From a virus (Duplodnaviria > Heunggongvirae > Uroviricota > Caudoviricetes): a stretch of 21,873 nt of DNA. The stretch is taken from the IMG/VR virus record IMGVR_UViG_3300049597_000059. One strand, 5' to 3'. Below the pieces are notes generated by a model. The model was not told where the DNA came from, did not search any database, and saw nothing but the letters and a program-made list of their open reading frames with translations. Shown piece by piece: positions 14,485-20,185 of this stretch (the stretch's first letter is position 1; each line of letters begins with the position of its first letter). A program made the position numbers and the translations under genes.

Positions 14485-15223
14485 TAATATAATTTTTTAA
14501 CATTTGTGAATAATCATTTTTCCAATTGGGAACTAAATGTACATCTCCTGTAGGAATGTTTCCTATAAGTCTTTGTGATTCAATGTAAGCACTGTGTCTT
14601 TGTATAGCGTTGAGCTTTCCAGGATGGTCAGTACCCTCACCACTCATGTGATATCCTCTACCACCCCACATATAGAACCAACTTGCTTCTTCCTTAGGAG
14701 GTTTAGCAAATAGTCTTCCTCCATATGCATTGATTGCTTCAATGAATGTCATATCATATCCAGCATTTTGAAGAGGATGTCCTCCTATAGCTTTCCAAGC
14801 TGACTTTCTAAACACAATACCAGAGTTACCTATCCAACCAACTTGTTCAATACCTGTAATGTGACATAACACTCCTGTTTCCCAGTGAAGGATGTTCACA
14901 TTATCAGTCATGTATTTAGCTACATTTTGTAAGTGATTTGGTAAAGCTACATCATCATCATCCCATTGACATATAATATCTCCCTGGCATAACTCTGTAG
15001 CATAGTTCTCTTTCTCTCCTATAGTATCATATCCCTTAACTAAGTTAACTATCTTAACTTGAGGATGGTCAAATACAAGAGTTTGTAAAGGATAGTCATT
15101 GACTATTATAAGCTCACACTTATCTGCAGGGTAGTCCTGCTTGAGGAAAGATTCAATACTCTCCTCAAGCGTAGACACTCTACCATAAGTTATACATTTA
15201 CATGATATAAATGGATACTCCAT
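14468..15223 (-). CDS. GT2-family glycosyltransferase
   Basis: ISCKCITYGR, ELIIVND, IGEKEN, ICQWDDDD, AGYD. Confidence 0.88.
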   Translation of the reverse strand: MEYPFISCKCITYGRVSTLEESIESFLKQDYPADKCELIIVNDYPLQTLVFDHPQVKIVNLVKGYDTIGEKENYATELCQGDIICQWDDDDVALPNHLQNVAKYMTDNVNILHWETGVLCHITGIEQVGWIGNSGIVFRKSAWKAIGGHPLQNAGYDMTFIEAINAYGGRLFAKPPKEEASWFYMWGGRGYHMSGEGTDHPGKLNAIQRHSAYIESQRLIGNIPTGDVHLVPNWKNDYSQMLKNYINDTSR

Positions 15224-15224
15224 A

Positions 15225-15512
15225 TTACCAGATTTGGATTATGTCAAATGGTGATACTAAAATAGCACGTTCATCATTTTCATTGATTGGAACCAATGTA
15301 GCTTTGTTTAAAGCTGCTGGATCTACTAAAACCCAGTCTCCTGCTTTAATCTCTGTAACGATAGTACCAACTTGTAACACCTTTAGTTTAGACATCTTGT
15401 TAAGCAATTCTCTTTGTAATGCTTCTTTAGTGTTCTCGTCTACAACAATCTTACTTTCCTCTTCTTGTGGAGGTAATTGTAATAACACTCTGTTTCCTAA
15501 TAACTTTGGCAT
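15225..15512 (-). CDS. groES: Co-chaperonin GroES-like protein
   Basis: KLLGNRVLL, KVLQVG, IKAGDWVLV and ILVSPFDII align with GroES PLHDRVIV, EVLAVG, VKVGDIVIF and IMSESDIL. Confidence 0.8.
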   Translation of the reverse strand: MPKLLGNRVLLQLPPQEEESKIVVDENTKEALQRELLNKMSKLKVLQVGTIVTEIKAGDWVLVDPAALNKATLVPINENDERAILVSPFDIIQIW

Positions 15513-15514
15513 GA

Positions 15515-15781
15515 TTATTTGTTTAAATTGTTAAATCTTGTAATGTCTTCTCCTTCTAAATAGATTTCAGACTGGAATGTCTCTCTCACTCTCTTCACTT
15601 CTAGTTTGTTTGTCTTGATGTTTGGAGCTTGTACATCTCTAGCACGCTCGTGTAAGTCATCTAATAAGATTAACAACGCACCATCTTCCATTTGTACTGA
15701 ACGTACAACCTTGTTTAGGTTAAAACTCTCTGTAAAGGATTTGCCATCCATTGTTCTTGTGTAAAAGAATAAATTGCTCAT
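15515..15781 (-). CDS. Hypothetical protein (88 aa)
   Basis: MSNLFFYTRT...ESFNLNKVVRS. Start revised to 15781 to avoid overlap with the upstream stop. Confidence 0.8.
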   Translation of the reverse strand: MSNLFFYTRTMDGKSFTESFNLNKVVRSVQMEDGALLILLDDLHERARDVQAPNIKTNKLEVKRVRETFQSEIYLEGEDITRFNNLNK

Positions 15782-15782
15782 T

Positions 15783-16067
15783 TTAATTTTCATTTTTATC
15801 TGGGTTATTTAAATCTGTCATTCTTTGAACTAATATGTTTTCATAATTCTGCATAGTAGCTAATTGATTGTCTAGCAAACGTTTATGAAAGTAATTTACA
15901 TTTTTAAAATCAGGACTCATTGTCATAAAAGTCTTTAACTTTTCAATCTTAGTTGATAATTCAAGTCTTTCAATGTGAAGCTTGTGTTGTAAAGGTAAAT
16001 CTGCTTCTTGTTTTAGTTCTTCTGGTGGACATGTTTGTGGGATATCATCCCATGCTGTTGCAATCAT
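15783..16067 (-). CDS. crAss001_48-like / T4 Y16Q-like two-helix protein, candidate immune-signal sponge
   Basis: QHKLHIERLELSTKIEKLKTF...F......RLLDNQLATMQNYENILVQRM fits the family pattern Q.r...E..eL..Ki.kL..F...Q...M..Y...L..R as I recall it. Confidence 0.72.
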   Translation of the reverse strand: MIATAWDDIPQTCPPEELKQEADLPLQHKLHIERLELSTKIEKLKTFMTMSPDFKNVNYFHKRLLDNQLATMQNYENILVQRMTDLNNPDKNEN

Positions 16068-16070
16068 ATA

Positions 16071-16328
16071 TTAATATTTAAATGTTAAAGATTTTACAAC
16101 CATCATTTGTGCTTTTAAAATATCTGTAATAGCAGCAGAAAATATAGAATGCTCAAGAAATAATCCTTCAATATCTTTTTTTCTATTGTCGTTTAATAAG
16201 TCTGCTAACTCAGCACATAGTTCTTTTGCTCTTTGAACTTTAAGGTCTCCACTTGGATTGAATGTTATACCAACTAATTGTTCTCCAAAAGTTGGTTGCC
16301 AGGGCATTTCTGCTGTTTCTGTACTCAT
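16071..16328 (-). CDS. Acb2/Tad1-like helical-hairpin protein, candidate immune-signal sponge
   Basis: TFGEQLVGITFNPSGD.KV..AKELCAELADLL...AITDILKAQMMVVKSLT. The C-terminal helix resembles Acb2 (TDIQTGMMAIIRAI) and Tad1 (AITKLEEAMLW), both recalled from memory. Confidence 0.6.
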   Translation of the reverse strand: MSTETAEMPWQPTFGEQLVGITFNPSGDLKVQRAKELCAELADLLNDNRKKDIEGLFLEHSIFSAAITDILKAQMMVVKSLTFKY

Positions 16329-16774
16329 TTTGTTTGGTTTACTTGTTTATAAAATTGTTTTGTTAAATACTGTAACTGGTAGGTGTACACCTCTTCTGTT
16401 TCATCATTTAGCTCAATACCTGCCCATTTCATCATATCTATTGTTACATGGAGTAATTCATGTTGTACAATAGATGAGTCCTCAATGTCTGAGAACCATA
16501 TGATAGGAGGTTTACCATCGGCTGTACCAAATGTTACAGCTCTAGCGTCTAAATTAGGACTCTTAAGACTACTGTCAAATTTGGTAGTTATATATTTAGC
16601 AGCAAATGCTGTATCCTCTGTAACAATGATTTGTACATCCAGATCAAATGTTCCAGCAGGTATTGTATACACCTTATGATAAGGATCTGCAGGCTTTTTG
16701 TCTATTGTCCAAACAGCTGTAGCTAACATCAATCCTATAGATATACCTAGTATTATTCCCTCAGCTAATTTCAT
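16325..16774 (-). CDS. Membrane-anchored HExxH putative metallopeptidase
   Basis: N-terminal hydrophobic GIILGISIGLMLATAVW; IVQHELLHV; downstream DETEEVYTY. Confidence 0.6.
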   Translation of the reverse strand: MKLAEGIILGISIGLMLATAVWTIDKKPADPYHKVYTIPAGTFDLDVQIIVTEDTAFAAKYITTKFDSSLKSPNLDARAVTFGTADGKPPIIWFSDIEDSSIVQHELLHVTIDMMKWAGIELNDETEEVYTYQLQYLTKQFYKQVNQTK

Positions 16775-17177
16775 ACTTTTGTTTTAAATGTTCACGTCTA
16801 TTGTTTACTTCCTCAAACCTATAAATATCACTCTCTACTTGATCATGTTCATTCAAGGTCAAAAGTATGATATTTTCTTCATCTAACGCAGCTTGAGGGT
16901 ATTTTTCTTTTGGTAAAATGTGATGGAAGTATACTGAGAGGGGCTCCCCAACTAAGGGAAGCCCACTAATCTCAGATAAGTGTTGTCTTTTTTTCCAGAT
17001 TTGTAAGAAAAAGTTCTGCATGTCTACAACTTTTGCAAGCACTTCTCCAAACTTTTCTGAATTATCTTTACTAACCCAACCTTTAGTATTTTTACCTTTC
17101 AAAGGCTTTCTAGGCTTATGTTGGAAACAATACTCTCCATCACAGTTTTTACCACATGTTTTACATTGTGTTTTCAT
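16761..17177 (-). CDS. N-terminal zinc finger + HNH-like nuclease domain
   Basis: CKTCGKNCDGEYCFQH; YFHHILPKEKYP...ENIILLTLNEH. Confidence 0.7.
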   Translation of the reverse strand: MKTQCKTCGKNCDGEYCFQHKPRKPLKGKNTKGWVSKDNSEKFGEVLAKVVDMQNFFLQIWKKRQHLSEISGLPLVGEPLSVYFHHILPKEKYPQAALDEENIILLTLNEHDQVESDIYRFEEVNNRREHLKQKYEIS

Positions 17178-17179
17178 AA

Positions 17180-17533
17180 TTATCTACATCCTGCATAGTG
17201 ATAAATGTTGCTTCTATCTCTTCTAATAAGCTCTGATGCATCTTTAACACAAAGATTATTACCTATAACAAATCTAGAGAAATCAACAATGGCTGCCCTT
17301 TCTTTTCTAGTGGTGCTTCTGTTAAGTCTTACGTTGGTATCTTTAACTATCTCAATATCTGCACCATGTCTTTCAACACATTCTGAAAGAGCTTGCTCAA
17401 GTGTTTGTCCTTCATCTGCCATAAACTTTAAGTTTTTCATTTCTGCAAAGTCTATCTCAAGCTTCTTTCCAAATGTTTCTTGGAACTCACGCTGGTAACC
17501 TTTAATCACTGCTAATTCTCTTGGAGTCATCAT
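17180..17533 (-). CDS. DnaA domain IV-like helix-turn-helix protein
   Basis: Ends VKDASELIRRDRSNIYHY, similar to DnaA IG..FGGRDHTTVLHA; stand-alone 117 aa. Confidence 0.55.
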   Translation of the reverse strand: MMTPRELAVIKGYQREFQETFGKKLEIDFAEMKNLKFMADEGQTLEQALSECVERHGADIEIVKDTNVRLNRSTTRKERAAIVDFSRFVIGNNLCVKDASELIRRDRSNIYHYAGCR

Positions 17534-17545
17534 TTTAATTTTATG

Positions 17546-17998
17546 TTATTTTAATCCTGTAGAACCAAATCCACCTTCACCTCTATTTGTATCTGATAGG
17601 GCTGTCACTTCTAAGAATGCAATGTTATACACCTCATCTAGATAGAACTGTGCCACTCTATCACCTACATTATAAGGAAAGTCTTCTACAGCTCCTCCAC
17701 TTGATGTATTAAATTCTAATCGTGTGAATATACACATCCACTCACCACGGTAATCAGAGTCAATAATACCTATAGAGTTGTTCATCACCCAGTTGTACTT
17801 AGTTAAGTTACTACGGGGAACCAATACAGCTTTATAACCTGTAGGAATTTCTGTCTTAAACCCTAGACCAACAGCCACTTTCCCATCATCTTTATGTACA
17901 ATGGAATGTGCATACACATCATAACATGCTGCATCTAAACTTCCTCTAGAGGGAACAATCGTGTTGTCAGAGATTTTCTTAAATTTCACTTGTAACAT
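17546..17998 (-). CDS. dut: Trimeric dUTPase (150 aa)
   Basis: ACYDVY, PRSNL, GIIDSDYRGE, GDRVAQ, RGEGGFGSTG; start revised to ATG 17998. Confidence 0.96.
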   Translation of the reverse strand: MLQVKFKKISDNTIVPSRGSLDAACYDVYAHSIVHKDDGKVAVGLGFKTEIPTGYKAVLVPRSNLTKYNWVMNNSIGIIDSDYRGEWMCIFTRLEFNTSSGGAVEDFPYNVGDRVAQFYLDEVYNIAFLEVTALSDTNRGEGGFGSTGLK

Positions 17999-19013
17999 CT
18001 TCTTCAGTTTTAATTTCAGTTTGATTAATTTTGTTAATAATACTAGCCTTGATTTCATTGTAAAACTCTTCGTTGTCTAACAACATAGCTTTAAACTCTT
18101 CAAGATCATACTTTGTTTCATTGAATGTGAATGTCTTACCATACTTCCTACCAAGTTCAAACTCATTAAGAAGTTCCATAATCTCACCCACCTTATCAAT
18201 ACCCTCACCATATACAATATCAAATGCATGTAGCTTATAAGGAGAACTCATTTTGTTCTTTACAGCTTTCACCTTGGTAATATTACCGTAGTTTACATCA
18301 CCTTCCTTAGCTAAGCTCTTGCTCACCTCTATTCTTACATCAGTGTAGAACTTCAATGCATGACCACCTTGAGTTGTAGTAGGATTACCAAACATAACAC
18401 CAATCTTCTCACGATATTGGCTTACAACAATAACACATACATTATGTTGTGATAGGGCTCCTTTTAGTTTTGGATATGCATTGCTATTCAATCTAGCTTT
18501 GTAACCGATAGTGCTATCACCTACATCACCATCTAATTGTTTCTTAGGAATCAATGAGCTATCAGAGTCAATAATAACAAGATCTACATCTCCTGTTTGA
18601 ATCATTTCCATAGCAATGTTAAAACCTTCCTCACCACATGATGGTTGAGCAATTAACATCTTGGTAGTATCTACACCTAGAGCTTGGAAGTATTGCTTAT
18701 CAACAGCATGCTCGCCATCTATATATAATACAGTGCCTCCCTTCTTTTGACATTCTGCTACAGCATGTCCACAGATTGTAGACTTACCTGAGCCTTCCCA
18801 ACCCATTAGTTCATACATCTTACCTTTTACAAATCCTCCAGTTCCCAATGTGATGTAATCAAAACCAATACTCCCCGTACTGATAATTTCATATGCACCA
18901 TCTGTTTTGCTTTCTAGTGTTAGGATTGTTCCTACACCATAAGCTTTGTTTAATTTCTCAAGGGCTTCTTGATATTTACTTTTGCCCTCTGAGGTTTCCT
19001 TTGCTTTTGCCAT
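17979..19013 (-). CDS. recA: RecA/UvsX-family recombinase (344 aa)
   Basis: STGSIGFD, Walker A GWEGSGKST, IDGEHA, VIIDS, SQYREKIGVMFGNP, GGHALKFY, KAVKNK; start at ATG 19013 (MAKAKE). Confidence 0.95.
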   Translation of the reverse strand: MAKAKETSEGKSKYQEALEKLNKAYGVGTILTLESKTDGAYEIISTGSIGFDYITLGTGGFVKGKMYELMGWEGSGKSTICGHAVAECQKKGGTVLYIDGEHAVDKQYFQALGVDTTKMLIAQPSCGEEGFNIAMEMIQTGDVDLVIIDSDSSLIPKKQLDGDVGDSTIGYKARLNSNAYPKLKGALSQHNVCVIVVSQYREKIGVMFGNPTTTQGGHALKFYTDVRIEVSKSLAKEGDVNYGNITKVKAVKNKMSSPYKLHAFDIVYGEGIDKVGEIMELLNEFELGRKYGKTFTFNETKYDLEEFKAMLLDNEEFYNEIKASIINKINQTEIKTEEDVTSEI

Positions 19014-19033
19014 AATTGTTGGTTTTATAGATA

Positions 19034-19041
19034 CAAATTTA
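19034..19041 (-). promoter_or_regulatory. TAnnTTTG -7 element upstream of recA
   Basis: TAAATTTG ends 20 nt before ATG 19013, just downstream of a terminator; no -33 TTG at canonical spacing. Confidence 0.5.
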
Positions 19042-19070
19042 CGAATAACTTTACAAAATAAAAAATAAAA

Positions 19071-19095
19071 AAATAGCCCCAGATAGGAGCTATTT
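19071..19095 (-). terminator. Intrinsic terminator after the HNH gene
   Basis: Minus strand AAATAGCTCC-TATCT-GGGGCTATTT followed by TTTTATTTTT. Confidence 0.8.
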
Positions 19096-19524
19096 ACAGT
19101 TATTGATAAGTTCTTGAAGAAACTCATCTTTAGTAAGATGACTGTTCTGACTATATATATTAAGAATTTTTTGTCTAGATATTACTGCACCATTTTTTGA
19201 TATGTTTTTAGAGTGGTATAAGTTTTCTTTTTGATTACACCATTCTAAGTTATTGATGTTATAATTTTCTGAATTACCATCAATGTGATTAACAACAGGA
19301 TAATTGTTTGGATTGTCTATAAATGCTTTAGCTACAAGTCTATGTAATAAATGATTACTTTTTCTTCCTATAGATAGATCTTGTTTTTGTAGAGTTACAG
19401 TAGGATAACCATTAGAAAGAAAATATTTTCTTGGCTTTTTGGTTTTTGCATTTCTTACATTACCAAAACTACTTATCTCGTACTTAGGAGCATCATTAAC
19501 AACTTTCCAAATTTCAATACTCAT
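19090..19524 (-). CDS. NUMOD4-HNH homing endonuclease
   Basis: EIWK...YEISSFGNVR (NUMOD4); LHRLVAKAFIDNPNNYPVVNHIDGN..NY...NLEW (HNH). Confidence 0.92.
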   Translation of the reverse strand: MSIEIWKVVNDAPKYEISSFGNVRNAKTKKPRKYFLSNGYPTVTLQKQDLSIGRKSNHLLHRLVAKAFIDNPNNYPVVNHIDGNSENYNINNLEWCNQKENLYHSKNISKNGAVISRQKILNIYSQNSHLTKDEFLQELINNCK

Positions 19525-19551
19525 ATCATTAATTTAACTAATTTAAAATAT

Positions 19552-19577
19552 AGCCCCCCCATAGAAATGGGGGAGCT
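19552..19577 (-). terminator. GC hairpin, probable terminator upstream of the HNH gene
   Basis: Minus strand AGCTCCCCCAT-TTCT-ATGGGGGGGCT followed by ATATTTT. Confidence 0.6.
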
Positions 19578-19604
19578 TTCATAATCAAAACAGAACACAG
19601 AACA

Positions 19605-19784
19605 CTATATTTTTTTCTCTTCTTCTAGAAGAGTATTACCTTTTTTTCTTGGTTTGGTATATGGGCAGTTCTTACACCCGTTTGCACAACATTCACCACG
19701 TTGGGTGAGGAACAGAGCTGTAAATACAACTCTATCCCCATCCAAGTAGTAATGTTTATCTTTTATAAATTCTTTCTTTTCCAT
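19605..19784 (-). CDS. DUF5522-like Cys-rich small protein (59 aa), not in track
   Basis: MEKKEFIKDKHYYLDGDRVVFTALFLTQRGECCANGCKNCPYTKPRKKGNTLLEEEKKI; YY...VFT......RG.CC..GC..CPY pattern. Confidence 0.8.
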   Translation of the reverse strand: MEKKEFIKDKHYYLDGDRVVFTALFLTQRGECCANGCKNCPYTKPRKKGNTLLEEEKKI

Positions 19785-19795
19785 TAAATTAATTA

Positions 19796-19874
19796 TGCAA
19801 TTTTAGGTTGGATTTATTATTAGGCTTTAACCACGTACTATCATTGCTGATAGGTAGCCATTCCTAAGATTGCA
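19796..19874. other. Nested inverted repeats, possible structured RNA
   Basis: Outer TGCAAT/ATTGCA and TTAGG/CCTAA; inner GGCT/AGCC; hairpin CTATCA-GCAA-TGATAG (minus strand). Confidence 0.5.
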
Positions 19875-19880
19875 ATAATT

Positions 19881-19913
19881 TTAGATATTGACCTCACAAG
19901 CACCACCTGCACT
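19881..19913 (-). pseudogene. Relic 3' end of nrdJ (SAGGACEVNI*)
   Basis: AGT GCA GGT GGT GCT TGT GAG GTC AAT ATC TAA parallels the active nrdJ end TGT AGT GGT CCA GGA GGA TGC GAG ATT AAT ATC TAA. Confidence 0.7.
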
Positions 19914-19917
19914 TATT

Positions 19918-20172
19918 TTACGTATATGATATATTTGGGTGTTGCCATTTTTCTAAACCACATATCTTACATTTTGTTTTAGATGAAGATTTTTTATCTG
20001 ATTCAAATGAATGACTATAAGTAGTACTTGTACCAACACTAAATGTGGTTCCTGAACTTGTTACTCCTTGAGTATACTCAGGACAATGACTACACATTTG
20101 TGTTGTTGGAGAATACACCCTTTTACATTTTGGGCATTCCCAACCTTGTGGAATAAAACTTGTTTGAAACAT
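19918..20172 (-). CDS. Small zinc-ribbon protein (84 aa)
   Basis: GWECPKCKRVYSPTTQMCSHC and CKICGLEKWQH. Confidence 0.75.
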   Translation of the reverse strand: MFQTSFIPQGWECPKCKRVYSPTTQMCSHCPEYTQGVTSSGTTFSVGTSTTYSHSFESDKKSSSKTKCKICGLEKWQHPNISYT

Positions 20173-20185
20173 AGGTTATTTATTT

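Noticed and set aside
19796-19874. tRNA or fluoride riboswitch
   Set aside because: GTGGTTAAAGC resembles a D-loop but there is no cloverleaf or T-loop. AGGAATGG resembles the fluoride motif start but the conserved AAYCGC and GCTGATG segments are absent.
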